This document shows, piece after piece, positions 24,694 to 39,600 of a DNA stretch of 64,000 bases. Under the pieces are notes generated by a model. That model was not told the DNA's origin. It ran no database searches and worked only from the letters and a program-made list of their open reading frames with translations. The position numbers and the translations under genes are program-made. Position 1 is the first letter of the stretch, and every line of letters begins with the position of its first letter. The stretch is from Pocillopora damicornis (taxonomy: Eukaryota): NCBI RefSeq assembly GCF_003704095.1, contig NW_020846941.1:434001-498000 (forward strand), in the 5' to 3' direction.

Positions 24694-27600
24694 CAACAGC
24701 ATTAATAAATGAAAAATAATAAAACTAACAATGATAACTATAATAGGAATAATAATAATAATAATTATTTTTATTATAGTTATAATAATCATAATTAAAA
24801 TAATAGCTATAATAATAATAATAACAACAATAACAACAACAACAACAATTATAATAACAATAATAATAATAATAATAATGTGCCATGCGTCTGTAGGAGC
24901 ACCTTACCACGGTTACTATAATAATTGCTATCATTATAATAATAATAATAATACAGCGTGATTGTACCTGAAATTTAATGTCGTCTATGGCAATGTCTCC
25001 TTGGTAACCATCTCCTCGTGTGGCAGTGATGTGAATTCGGAAGGCGTAATCACTCTTCACCGTTGCTTCACCTTTGATCCAATTGTCAGCCTGGTGGCCA
25101 GTCTTGTTCAATATCACCTTCATTTCATCTCCACTGTTCACGAAGATTGTAAGTGAGCCTGTGTCAGGGCCGGACATGTGGTAGTAAAACGTCATCTTGC
25201 AGTTTGAGGTAGGCATCATGTAAGGACCCTCCAAGATGGCAACAGCGCCCTTGACATACCAACTGGCCTCAATATGCATGTAATAACCTACATGTAGACA
25301 AAACGCGTCACTGATTCAGAGAAATGTTCTTCTTTGCCTTTCATCCTTACAATACATAACAGTGAGGGTCCACAGTGCTTCATTATAAGAACAGTTTAGA
25401 GTCAAGGACAAAAGTAAACAATTAACTCCCTACCGCTTGATGTTCCTGTGGTGTGATCAACCGCTGGACCGGTGTTCGTACTGGAAGTTTTGCCCTCTCT
25501 AAGATACCACGGCATATCGTTGACGGCTGTGTTGTTCCAGTGGCAAGTACCGTGCTCAAAATTACAGTCACCGGATAGCGGACCTATATGAAAATATATA
25601 AAATAATATTATTATCTGAACACCAATGAAATACCAAGTGAGCTTTAGCGGGAAAACATGATATCTTCACTCACAACGATAACATGTTATCTTCACACGT
25701 GAGAAGATTCTTGTTGCTAAGGTTACATCTAAAAATCGCGCCTTTCGATGTGATTTAGTATTTCATTGATGTTTGTATAATAAATAGAATAGTACACGGT
25801 CGCGGGGCGATATGAACTTTCTCTTCACGTGTGAGCAAAGCGAACGCGTGAAATATTTTTCAACACTCAAAGAGAAGTTTCGTATCTCCGCGCGACCTTG
25901 TAATATCCTCTTTGTAACCTCCTATAGGTTTGGATCACATGTGGCTTCAGCCTGATATGCGAGCTTGGCCTTTACGTAATACGCCATGTTATTTTTACAT
26001 ATTTTAAAGATGGGATTGGAAAGAGGGATGAGTCTACTTTTTCCCCCCAACCTTTTCTCCTTTCTGTATAGGACAAAACGCCGCAATCTTGAGACAGACG
26101 AAACACTGGTTGTCCATCTGCCCTTCAATGTTTTAATTTCTTCACAATGAAATAGGAGGCTTCGTGAAATACTTACCAAGCGTTGGACGGGTGAACGGGT
26201 TATCATTACACTTTGGAAAGGTTTCTGTGCATGGTGTTATCTCATCATTAAACTTGCAGTTGTGGAACTCTATGTCATCTATTGCTATGTCTCCATTGTA
26301 GTCCCATCCTCTGACCCCACTGATCACAATTCTAACTGTCTTATTGGCCGTCTCCGGATTGTAGATACTCACCATGCCATGTTGCCACTTGTTACCACGG
26401 TTACCCCACTCATACCACAAGTCGACCTGTTTGTGATCTATGGGAAGAAATGTTTTCAATTATTCTGTCATTCAAGAGATTCAAACCACCATTTAACGTT
26501 GTAGAACATCTTTTAAAATGATAATCAAAACCTCAAATTAACCCTTCAACTCTCATAAGTGATTTAACAATAGGAAAACAATATCAAGCAGATAAGTAAA
26601 GTGATGCGAATAGAGAAAATGTAAACTAGGGGATTAGAAGTCGACTCAATACCAAATTCTCCGAACTATCGTCAAAAGAATTGTATGAAGGACAGTGAGG
26701 AGAATTGCTAATGAAACCTGGGTGTATAAGAATTATTTATAAGAGACAAGAGAAAGACAAGCATTACTCTTTCCCATTCCTTTTGCGGCTCCCCAGCTCA
26801 AAACTCCTACTACGCAGGCCTTTAGTTTGTCCGAGCGTTTCCACTATCACGAAGCGATACTACTACCTTGTTTTAACGGGATGAAAGGAGTTTTAAAGTC
26901 TGACCTAACAAATAAGAGTGCTTCATATCAACTACAAAATCCCAGCCACATAGAGTTTGTCACTTACCAATCAAATTGTTAGGATCGGAAAACGCATAGG
27001 CGACAATCCACAGCGAGCCCACCCCAGAGCCATACATATGATACCAGAAAGACATGTAACACTTTCGGTCAACAACAAGCAGCCTGCTCTCCAAATCGGC
27101 ATGGTACCAGCCCGATGACGAGACACTGGAGGCATCAATGTAAAGATAGCGCCCTAAAATGCTTTTTTTGGTGTGGTCGTAAGAAGGACCTGTATTCTGG
27201 CTAGCAGTTTCCCCACGTCCAACAATCCAATCCATCTGGTCGTGGCCATCCTGCTCATTAGACCAACAGCTGACGCATTTCTCAAAATCGTCATCCATGA
27301 TGGACGGTTTGGGTTTTGGTGTTGGAGCTGGAGTCGGCCCAAGATTTCCGCACTTGACGAACTGGATATTATCCACGGCGATGTCTGATTGATAGCCGGC
27401 GCCCCGTATAGCTTCAAAGACAACTGAAAATTGCACTTTACTCGGAATATTGGCATAATCGCAGCGCCATTTGTTGCCCTGGTCACCACTCTTCGACCAG
27501 ATTTTCTTTTGGGTCATGTCAGGTTTGGCATCATTAGTAAAGCGCTGGTAAACATTTAGGGTTCCCATGTCTTTTCCATTCATATTGTAACAGAAGAAAA

Positions 27601-30600
27601 CTTGGCACGTTGTAGATGGTAACAAATTTGGACCCAAAAGCTCTCCAAAGTGGCCCAAATAGTAGCCTGTGGCTTCAGCGTAAACGTAGTAACCTGTGAT
27701 AACACACAACACAAATCAGCGACACATTTGTCCATTCGCTTTTAATCTAGTTTTCCTTCAGGAAATAAACACATTACACCTTGGTTTATTCGCTCCGCTT
27801 TTAGCAGCTTCAAAGCACGTTCTTGGCAAAGGCAAACAACGTTTTACTCGCAGAAACGAACACACTGAAATCACAATAATCATTCAAGGAGAATAAATGA
27901 CTAAAAAAGGTTTGAACAAAGCACTTAATTTTCGCAAAAACAAAGATGCCTTCGTTACAGAAAGCAACAACAATTATGGATTTGCACTTGACTGAGCCAA
28001 GTTACATATGTGGTATGAATTTTGTTACCTGCGCCACTTTTATCAGCACTGGGGCCAGTGTTCCAGCTAGGTGTCTGGCCTTGGTTTCGCAGCCATCTCA
28101 TATCAGCAAACTTTGCAGACTCCCACAAACAGTAGTCTTTATCGAAGTTGCAGTCTGCGGGATGAGATGATCCAGGTGGAGGGGTTGGTTGCGGTGAAGG
28201 TGGTGGACACTTGAGTTCATCTTCGCCATCAGTACAGTCCTGCTCTCCGTCACACTTCCAGTTAATATTGATGCACAGGTCGTCTGCACTGCAGTAAAAC
28301 TGGTTACTGGTGCATTGTGCAGCACCTGTTGGTGCAGGCGGAATGCCTCCCTGAATAAAAAAATAGCACAAAACAGACTCAACGGGTGTATCTGCGCTTA
28401 AAAGATCAGTCAAGTTAAGCTCAGCTGTCGAAGAGAGATGTTTATTCATTTTTCCTTCAAGAAGAATCAAACCGCAGACTTCTATGACTGAGCTATATAA
28501 AGCTTACTCTTGAGCTTAGTTAACGAATCTGAGCATGTTAAGGAGCCTTCAGAATATATCCACGACTGAGATTTTCTAGAGGACTTATTTTTACCATAAA
28601 ATTGCTTGGCGAATTTGGTATTAAACCTGACAAATCTGGTAACTCCCATTAGTGATAAACATGTAATCTCTCCCTACAATAGCCAAACATTCTCTAGCAA
28701 ACAGGTAGAGAGATTGCTCAAACCTATCACGTAGAACTCGTTTTCTTGATCTAGTACTAAGTTCTCGTATCTTATTAAAAAGATAATGTGTTGCAGCTAT
28801 AGGGGAGAATTGATAATCAGACCTTGGGAGTTACGAGATCAAACAAAGCGAAAGCCAACGCAATATCTTGAAACTGCTGACTGCATGTATAACTAATGAA
28901 TTATTTGAGAGAAAACAAGCAAACAAACAAACAAACAAATAAATTGATATTAGAAGCTCTCCATTAAACATTTCTTTGAAAGAAGCTCTTCCATAATTTA
29001 ATACCTTAAAAACGTCTTTAACTACAACCCAATTCCCCTTTTACAGTTGTACGTTTTTTACGCAGTAGAAGAATACATACCTTGTAGCAGCCGGCAGAAA
29101 AGCTTATATCATCCAATGCAATATCAGTCTTGTCATCTCCGCCAACGATACCTTCAAAACCAACCCTAAACGACGAGTAGGAGTCTAGCTTGACCTCTGC
29201 ACGCACCCAGTTTTGATTGGTAGGATCACCTAAGGAGCAAAAAAACGACCACGGTTTATGGTTTGTTTAAACTTGTGTACAAATTACAGGCCTTTTGTCA
29301 AACTTTTCAGCGATTGCAATAATGAAACATACTCGTTGCAGTTTGGAAAGTAATCTGGTACCTATCCAGGTCTTGAAACTAAGTTTGTTATTTTCCATAC
29401 TACCCTTTTTTCAAGAATTGAAAACTGTACGGACTCTGAACAAGTTTCTCAATAAATCATTTTTTTATAAAGGGAGGATCGGGGAAGGCGCCGGCGGTGG
29501 GCCACAGGTTTAGATAAACAAAAACAGATACAATGGCATTCTAATTGGAAGACTAATTACCACGAAGCTAGCCTATAAGTCTCGTTTTCATCTTAATTTC
29601 AAGTTCATTACACACATCTCACCTCTCGTTTTCCAGACTTCCCTCCAGTTCGAGTACCAATTAGTAAGCAAGTGGACCTTCAGATATCCCATGTTCTGTG
29701 ATCCATACATGTTGTAGTAAAATCGTAGAGTACAAACTCCGCGGCCGGCCGGGAACAAATTACCATTTGCAAGTTTCGCTCTGTCTAAAAGCTGCCTTGG
29801 ACTTGACGAGTCTATGTGCATGAACCAACCACTCCCAGTGGTGTGGTCTCCTTTTGGACCTTGGAGACAAGAACAAGAAAGATTATGACACATCTGGTTG
29901 GAGCTAGGATAATTTCCATCCTAATACTTCAAATTTCGACTATCGTTAAAATATGTTAAACGGAATTTAGACGAGAGAATTATTTTACTGTTTTAGTGCT
30001 TTGAGCTCTTTTAGCTCTCACGCAACTCCAAGTACAGGGATAATTTAGTTGGATCTGCAAAATATGGCGCTGTTTCAAACTAAAAAGCCATTAGGTTACA
30101 ACGTCAAATTAGCCAAGTATCAACACACAAAGAAGCAGACATGCTAGGCCAAGATATCTCGCCAGGTAATCATAGGTTGAATTGAATCGACAGGAAGAAT
30201 AGCTTATTACCAAGCCGTTGCACACAACACAATTTGTCACACGCGCATTAGAGCAATAGAGGAACTTATTTCCCTCGCGTTTCTTCTCACTATGTTCTAC
30301 CCGAACGCGTGCTACGCATGCCAATGACAAAAGACCACATAAAGCTAGTGCCACGACGTTTTTATAACACTGGGGATGAACTAGCGTACGCCCAGACGAA
30401 TTAAATTGAAGTGCTAACGCATTACGAAAGAAATCAAATATCACACCTGTTCCAGTCGTTCCGATCTGTCTTTGACGAAGCCAATTAAAGTCGTCATAGT
30501 AGTAGTTGAACCAGCCACACCAGTTGATTTCAAAGTCGCAACTGGCTTTTCGACTGGAACACTGACTTTCATCAGTACCATCCTTACAATCTTTGACATG

Positions 30601-33600
30601 ATCGCAAACTCTTTGTTCTGTTACACAATGACCACTGTCTTTGCATTTCACCTTTGATGAAGTAAACATGAGAAATTTACGACGTAAGTTACCTCAGGGA
30701 ATTTCAGAGGCATGTTACACGACTGAAAAGATGCAATGTTGCCGTTGGCTAAAAAGGAACACTTTAGAGGCGGGTAGGGGGGCAAGGAATAAGGAGATTG
30801 GACGTTCTCAACGGTGCCTGTTTATCTTATATCAATTTTCCCTATAGCTCAGCTTCAACATCCTGTTGTCTTTATCGGTTCATGTAAACCGAACACAATT
30901 TGTATCATCAAACAGAAACGCAGCGAAGCAGAGAGGGAAAAATAAAGAGAAAAAAAAAACAGCTGGGTGATAAAAATGAAGTAGCTGTGTAAAAATTCAT
31001 GTTAAGTCGATATCGACGCCTCTACAAGCGAACCTACCTGGTGTCCCTGTATCAAAAAGGATACGTGAAACGGTATAACTTGCAATTAATTATAAAAATT
31101 CAGCCCAAGGAAATCATAGCGAAATATTAATCCCTTAATTATTTTGAAAACTAAAGACATCTTTTCAAATAAAATAACACAACCAAAGTAAACATACTTC
31201 ATTCTGAGTGCAGTTCCTTGTGACATCAGAGAAGCAATTGCTGAAAGAGATGTCGTCGATGGCAATATCACCTTGCCAGCTTGATCCACGGGTGGCTTGA
31301 ATAATGATCACAAAGTTCCTGTATGCACCAATATCTATGTCCGCTTTTTTCCAAGCATTTCCCTGTGGATATCATAAAAAGTTTATTTACCACATGGTAC
31401 CAAATTTATAAACACATTTCCGTAGTTAGGGCGTTAAGGCTCACTTTTGATATACAATGAGGTACCGGTACCGTGCGAAATGTATGAGGGCTCTTAGGAC
31501 TCCGTGTTTTGGAAGCAGTTTTTTCTCTCTTTCCCGTAAGGAAATTCAATATTCTACACGAATGTTGAATTTGAAACGGCCAGATTCGAAGGAACCCAGA
31601 TTGGTCTAGACGAACCGATAGCATCAGGGCACTGAAGCTTATTTGCACATCTCTTGCCCTGTTAAAGGACAAATTGCTCATAAACTCGCTTTTCGACAAT
31701 TGTTACAAGCTGTATAGAGAGGAAACTCGAGTATAAAACTGACTCAAGCTAGAGTCTCTTAAATGTCTGCTTAGTACTGCTTTCACCTTATAGGTCATTA
31801 AAAAGAAAACTTTTCATGATATAAATTAAAAAAAAATGATTTACCTGATTTCCTCTCAATGTATACTTGTAATCATACGTTCCATCGGATTTCTTGACCT
31901 TGACCTCAAACACTCCAATGCCTGATCCATACATGTGATACCATATTGTCATCTTACAGTTGGGACTTGAAGCAAAATACCTGAACGATGTCAACTCTGC
32001 TTTGTCACCGAGATTCGCGCGTGATGTTTCAATATACATGTAGTAGCCCTGAAAAGATAAAAATTGTTAGATGTCATTATCCACCTGCTACTTTAAAAAA
32101 ATGACAAGCAATAGCTGGCGGTCAGGATAACAAGGAAACACCAGTTGCTTTGTTACCACGCTCGCCGACTATCGCGCTGTTATACCATCGAATGTCATTC
32201 AATTGTCAATGTTCTTGACGAAAAGCTTCCCGTGAAGCTTCCGTCGCGTATTGCGAGAAAAACGTCAAGAATAATAGACACAATGGCCACCATAAGGAGC
32301 AATAAAATCAAATATTCGATCTCAGAAAATTTCATTCTATCGAAAAACTATTCACTTGGATTGTATTTTGTCCGCGAACAGATATTGGAGCAAATATCAC
32401 GCCAGATGGAGCCCATTATGTGTTAACCTTCCTTTTCCCTTCGCACCGAGAAACAAACATTGATCTGCTTGCCACCGAAAAATAATGATATTTTGCTCAA
32501 CCACGTTCAATAATCATCTACCACAGCAGAGAATCCAAAATATTTTAACTCGTGTCGTTAATGTACCTGGGCCGTTCCCAGAGTGTGGTCATTGGTAGGG
32601 CCCGTTCCAACACTCGGTGTCTGTCCATTCTTCCGCCTCCAGTTAAAGTTGTCAGTACCGGTAGATTGTCTCCAGCCCCTCCAGCAATCATCCTCAAATG
32701 TGCAATTCGAGCCGCAGGGGATTTCATCGGAGTTGTCTCCACAGTCATTTTTGAAGTTACATATCTGAGCCTTGTCCACACATTTGAGGTTCTTACAGAC
32801 ATACTGCTGGGCACCGCAAGAGGTCCCAGTGGGCCGCGAGTGGAAACCAAATGGAGTCGGTGTTGGCTGACCTGAAGAAAAAAAGAAAAGAAATGATTAA
32901 TGAAAACTATGTAAAAAGCCTTGGATCACTCTAACATTCGATGAAATAATCATGTATCGTGAGAGCCGATAACGACATCGGAAAATCTAGTTGGACAGCA
33001 TGCAGTGCTCGGAAAGGAAACCTAGAAGGGACACTTATTCTTGAACCATGTGGGCACCTAGTTAAACTCATAATCTAATCAAACATAGCAGTTCGGCAAA
33101 CTACCATGTGATGAAACTTACTTGCAATGATCAATAAGACGACAAATGGTTAACAAAGATGTAAATCGTCCAAACCATTAGATCTTACTTTCTGTGCGAA
33201 AACTCCATAATTTTTTGTTTTTTTTTTTTTGTCGCATCCTCCTTTCTACCTGATAACCTTTATTTCTTTTTACCGTAATTAAAACAAACAAACGACAGTA
33301 TGCGAAAACGCAAAGTTGTCATTCTGGTGACGAGTTACATCCCTGTCTAAGAATCGGGTTTCACAAAGGTACCTTTATAGTAACCAAAAGTAATCTTTCA
33401 GTTTTTTAGGCAACCAAAAAGCACTGAATAAAAAGGCTACAAGGAAAATAAACCGACTAGCGAAGAGTAAAATGCCTGCTATTTTACCTGGCATGGTGCA
33501 ATCCTTGCATATCTGACAACCAGGCGTGAGGGAAACGTCATCAATCGCAATATCACCCTGGTATCCATTGCCTCTCACTCCTTCTATGACGAACTGGTAG

Positions 33601-36600
33601 TCATTCTGACTGTAAGGTGCTTGAACCAATCCGCGGTACCAGAAGTCACCCTGTGGTCCTGTAATGTTCAATATAGGATTGGAAAGACCTCCTACGTAGT
33701 AGCTTGTGCGTGTTCTTACGAGAAGGCTGCCAATATGACTACCCTTCATATGGTAGTAGAATCGGAGGTAACAGTTGGATGAAGTACTCCTTAAGATGGG
33801 TGAGTTCAAACGGGCATTGTCTCCGGGTCTGCGAGGCCATGAAGTCTCGATGTACATGTACCGACCTGAAATGGATACCAAGCAAAATGATTCATAATTG
33901 AGATTCTGTACATTTTTTCACAGTTGTGCATGACTACAAGGAAGTTTCCTTCTTCTTATACTGAGGAACGTTTTTTCTAAGAGTCTCTTAGTTAGTCTGC
34001 AAATTATCGGAAAGTTCTAAACCGATCAGAAACACATTGAAAACTAATCGCGGCTTTAAAACTCTCCTTTTCTCTAGCTTTAAGCAGTCAGGCAGTTTAA
34101 GAGCTCAGCTGGTGTCTTGATTGAAAGTTATCATTTTATCTTCAGCTTCACGACACTGAATTATTTTTTTTTCCCGTAAACAACTTCGTGCTATCAATAA
34201 AAACACAAGTTATAACTCTTGCTACAGAAAAAGCCTCTAAAGCAAACGTCTTTCAGTCCTGTCACACACCTTTATCCCTGTCACGCAATCCACTTTATCT
34301 CTAAAGAACTGTTGATATGTCTGTTGAAGAGCGAGCAGCGAAACGAGACCAAACAAGGGGCGCATCGAGGTAGCTCCGACATTCGCTCTGATGAAGGGCT
34401 AACGTTCGAATCTTCAACTTAAGAAACCCCTTTCAGAGGCCAATTTTAAATATAAACTCGTTTGTTAATATATATATATATAATATTTTATTTTTAGCTC
34501 CAACACATACCTTTGTTTGTCTGAGTTGTATGGTCAGATGAAGGGCCGGTACCGTAGGAGAATGTACCATCAGTGGATGTAGTCCAGTCAAATTTGTCAT
34601 CAGAACTCTGTGAGTACAGACATAGACCATGTTCAAAATCACATTGTCCAGACTTGTAAGCAGAACAGGTGGCCTCATCTGATACATCCCCAGCCATACA
34701 GTCAGCACTGAAGTCACATAGTGATGTCTTTGGGATGCAGCCTCCTTGTGCACACCTAAAAAGGGAAGACAAAGAGATGGCATTAACTTTCTTTTGAATT
34801 TTCAATATCCGCTTGCAACATTATGTTGGATGTTTCGATTAAATCCTGTCTTTCATCACAATTAAGCAAAATTCTGCTTAAGAAACGGAAAACTAATTCC
34901 TACGCTGTCTTTTGATCTAAAAAATACCATATCTAATTGCTATTTTTCCATCTGATAATTCAAAAAAGGAAAATCTGGTCTCGCACAAGATAAATTTATA
35001 ATATGTCCATTTGTTCCCTGTTAACTACGTGATGCGGTCGTAAAACTGATACCAGGATTTAAGGGATGGGCCGGGATGGGGCCGGGATAGGGCGGGATAG
35101 GCCGGGATGGGGCAGGGAAGCTTGGCTACTTCACACATAATCTAATATGTTCAGAACATCACTAATTCTGGATCTCACAACTATTCAAATACTCTTAATT
35201 TTGAGTGATTTAGGAAGTAGGCGAGTGCAAATAATCATGTCATTTAAAAAGCTACGGAGCATTTTACACTCACTGGAATTCATCCACGGTACACTTCTTT
35301 GTGGTGTCCAGCGGCTGACATTTCATGAATTCTATATCATCCAAAGCGATATCCCCCTGGTAACCGGTGCCCCGCTTTGCTTCAAAGATGACCTAAAAGC
35401 CACAAAAGGTCAGAAATTAAAGCTAGTCCCATGGAAGAGTTATTTTGTGGTTAAAGTAGAAAGTGAGAAGTTGCACGAGAGGAAATAAATTAAATATAAG
35501 TCATGTGTCTTAAAAGAATCAACCAATATTGTCTTAACAGGGCGAGCTTCTTTTGAGTGTCCAAAACTATCTGAGATTACGGTGGTTTTGCGCTACTTTA
35601 ATTTCTGATTGGTCTAAACGCTCGCGCCACTCAACCAATTAGATTCAATGCTGAAACCAACCGCAACTTGATCAATCGCATTTTTCTGCGCGTCAAGCAG
35701 TTTGCTTGTTTATATTTTGAATTTTCATGGACTCTTTGAGAGACTTTCCTTCCCTCTAAGTGATTACTTTGGTTTTTGCACTCGAACCCTTTCATACCTA
35801 AGAGTGACTAGCATCTAATTTCTCCTTACAATATCACCCCTGAATTATTAATTTAAGTCACAAGAATAAAGCAAATGATCACCCACAAAAAGCTCTTGAC
35901 GGTTAAAAAAATTCTCCTTTTCAACACCTTAGGAATACTATAGAGATCAGTAAGGAGAAGATGCATATTCATGTTAGGGTGTAAAGGGTTAAAGCATTAA
36001 GGCCTTTAGCAAATATGAAAGAAAATGTTATTGAAAAGGAGAGATCCTGGGGATTTCACAGAAACCTTAACAAAACAAGAGCCTCTCTTACGAGAATATG
36101 GAATCATATGGGGATGTAAAAGAAACATCAGGAATAAGTGCTTTAAATACATTACGCATCCACCAGATACCTTCAACAGTTGTCTTGATCCGATCACCAA
36201 GCGGCTTTGTAGCCAAGAGTTGCCCTGGTCACCAGACTTGGTCCAGATAACGGGTTGTGTTCCATCTAAGAAGGACAGCTTGACTGACAGAGTTCCTACC
36301 GATCGTCCATACATGTGGTACCAGAACGACAGAACACATTGCGGTCCAGTTTGACCGATCCGGGTTGTGGAGAGTAGTGCCCTATCACCATTAGAACCTC
36401 CAGAGCTCTCTGCGTAAATATACCATCCTGCTGTAGTACCTGTCAGAAACAAAGAAAACACATCTTAAACACCTTTTCAAGAAGGAAAAACATCCTTCCC
36501 TATTTCATTAGCGAGCTTAAAGTTTACCATCTTTCGTATTTTATTAACAAACATAGAGTTTTGACAATGCTGTTCCTAACGTATGCACGAAGAGTGTCAC

Positions 36601-39600
36601 ATGTGAATCTTGTAATGGCCTAGTTCACCGTGTAGTCTGTGTCTAAGTGGCTGAGTATCTGAGCGAGGAATCCTAAGGTCTGAGGTTTGAGACCTCGTGG
36701 GAATTCATAAGATGTTCTTTCTTCCACATTCGTGACAAACCATTCTCTTGAACGTGTCCCTTATTCGACCACAAAATATCTATCCTTTTAGTTTGTCCTC
36801 GAACAAGACGCGCCAATAACACTGACCTTCGCAGAATGCAGGACGCTCGTCGCATATAAAACGAGTATTGCAGCTCAAACGGTACAGTATCTGCCCCGAA
36901 ATAACTTCGATAATCAGTGTAAAAGATGTCAGTCAAATTATATGCGAATGTCCGAAACTTAAGTACCCAGTAAAAGAACACACCAGCACCAGCTTGATCA
37001 CAGGAAGCCTAGCCGATACTAACGATATCAAGACTTGAAAAGCTTCCTACCTGTCGTGTGGTCTATTGTGGGTCCCGTAAGGGCCGTGCCTGTAGCACCC
37101 TGCTGAGCTAGCCAGGTGTAGGCCACATCACGCCGTTTCCGTGTAGGGTTATCCACATACCAATTACATAAGTCCCCACTGTCAAAAGTACAGCGAGTCT
37201 TTGCACAGTTGCCTTCGTCTGATCCATCTTGACAGTCGTTTTGGAAGTTGCAGACCTGAGGAGCAAGCGTTGCCATAAATTCGAAACTTATCAGTGAAGA
37301 TCGAACAAAACTACCGTAAGTCCAAAATAAGGAAAAAAAATTACTTTTTGTTCACTTCCCCTTTGCTCAAAAGAGGAGCGAAGGAGTAGGAGATAGGGAT
37401 AGGAGTGTTAAAGATTGCAGCTTTGAAACCTTCAAAACTCTGTCTAAATATTAACAATAATTTATCACGCAAGTAATCAACACAATTCCCCCCCTCCCCC
37501 CCCTCCCTTCCTACTCCTATAAGAAAAGCCTAAAATAGCGTCAAGTAGAGGCACAATGTTTAACAACAATTACCTGCGTGCTTCGGATGCAAGCAGCAGG
37601 CCCCTGTTTCGCGCAATTGAACTCTGCGCTGCTACACTGATGTGACTGAGTGGGTCCTCCTGAAGGAGTCGGTGTGGGCGATGGGGCATCGGGAAGATCT
37701 CCACCATATGGCTTGCAGTCAGTTGTGAAGGAAACATCATCCAAACCAATGTCACCAGTGTAGCTATCGCCTCGCATACCCTCAAATATCACCTGAAAAA
37801 AATTAATGCAGTCTTGTTAAACAGGCACAGTGGATTGAGAGGTTCGTTTTACTCATGGTTCATGACGACGTAAAGTTTTAGTACAGAGCTGACCCAGAAT
37901 TAGATTTAATCGGATTTTGAGCCACCCAGATCTGACGAGAGGGCTCCACTATGCCTACATCACAAAAGCCCTTTCCCCACCGCCCAAACTTCCAGTAAAG
38001 AGGCCACTGGGAGAACTACACGTCGACACTTTTGTTTGTAGGCAAGCAATACAAATGATATGTCACAAAATCTAAATTTTGATTGCCCGTGATTTCCCGC
38101 TAACAATCACCCACCGCATCTACCGCAAGTGACTGCCTTTGAGGTTAGCTCACCCGTCGGCTATTGCATCATTCACGGGGACTATTCATGCTTCACACGG
38201 CTTAAACCGAGCGTCATCATAACCCATAACCCGTAAAAAATTAGAAAAAAAGGTCAAAAGCAAAAACTACCAACATGGGAAATTCAAATCTCAAAGCAAT
38301 ATTGAGAGAAGAACTGAAAAGGAGTAAAAATTTTAATTTTTTTCCCTCCAAAGATCTAAAAATAAACTCTCCTAAGTGTCTACCATATATTATCTAATGA
38401 TTTCAGCTCCGAGAATTTTGTGTGGGAACGATCGATATCGCACAGTTAATTTTATCCTTTCTTATCGTCATTTTACTACTAAAAAAGATTTTGAAGAAAA
38501 ATTCATTTTGGTCACTCCTGGAAGTGGTGAGATAAATATGGATAAGTGGAGTAAAGCCATACTTGGAAGTTTTTGTCTGAAGCCAGGGTCACGACAGCTC
38601 TGTTCCACACAGCTCCTTGTGAACCAACTTTGCTCCACACGTTCTGCATATTGGTTCCATTTCGAGTAGTCCTGATGTACAAGGAAAACTTCTCAGCCGA
38701 GTCCCCATACATATGGTAGAAGAACCGGAGCTTGCAGGGATTTGAGCCGGGAATGAGTGCTTGGAAGTTTCGGCTTACCATCCAGGCCTTGTCGCCATAC
38801 TTTCGAGGCCAAGAAGTTTCGATGTACATGTAATAGCCAGTCTGTGTGGTGTGATCTGAAGGTGGGCCAGTATTCCAAGAAGCTGTGGCACCTGTCACAT
38901 CAAAATAATGTGGTTGTTAGTCGCAGTCGAAGACAACGACTACTTCGTTATGCAATCAATATACTGCCCGCTTTACTAAAATATGTGGATGATCATGATT
39001 ACTTGATGCTTTGTGGTGAGTTAAAGGTAAATTTCAAATGCAAAATTTTCTTATTCCACATCTTCCTGAAAAGACCAAAACAAGATCCTCCGCGAAATAT
39101 CAAGAAGAAGCACGAGTGAAACATCAAGAGATCCAAAAGCAACTGTTGCGAATGTCCTGCGTAAGTTTGCGCATAAAAAGGCCCTGTACGAGTTATTTTG
39201 TTTGACCCCATCTTAATAAGACCATTACTACATTAATCATCAGCTATTCACCTCGTCTTCGTAACCAATCAAAGTCGTCCTCAGTACTTTGGGTCCAGTC
39301 GCAAGGTCCCTGACTGAAGTCGCACCGTGTTGTGTAAGTACCTGTCAAAAGTAGACTGAGGTTAGGGCCAGATATACTGAAGAAAATATGAGAATCAACA
39401 GAAAAAAGATGACGGGCTAACTGGCAATGTTAAGTTTCTTGCAAAGTAACCTATTGAAATAAAAAAATAGTAAAAGAAAATTCCAACCGCTACGAACTAA
39501 GAAGGCACTTCTGGTCAGCGGTTAATTTCTCAAGTGTAGGCTCATGTGCAATACTTCAATTAGAAAGCAGTGGTAGATGTTCTAAACAAGGGCATCGTGA

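Noticed and set aside
24725-24961. Poly-Ile/Thr and poly-Tyr ORFs
   Set aside because: Translations of an intronic (AAT)n microsatellite; the real exon ends at the donor at 24968.
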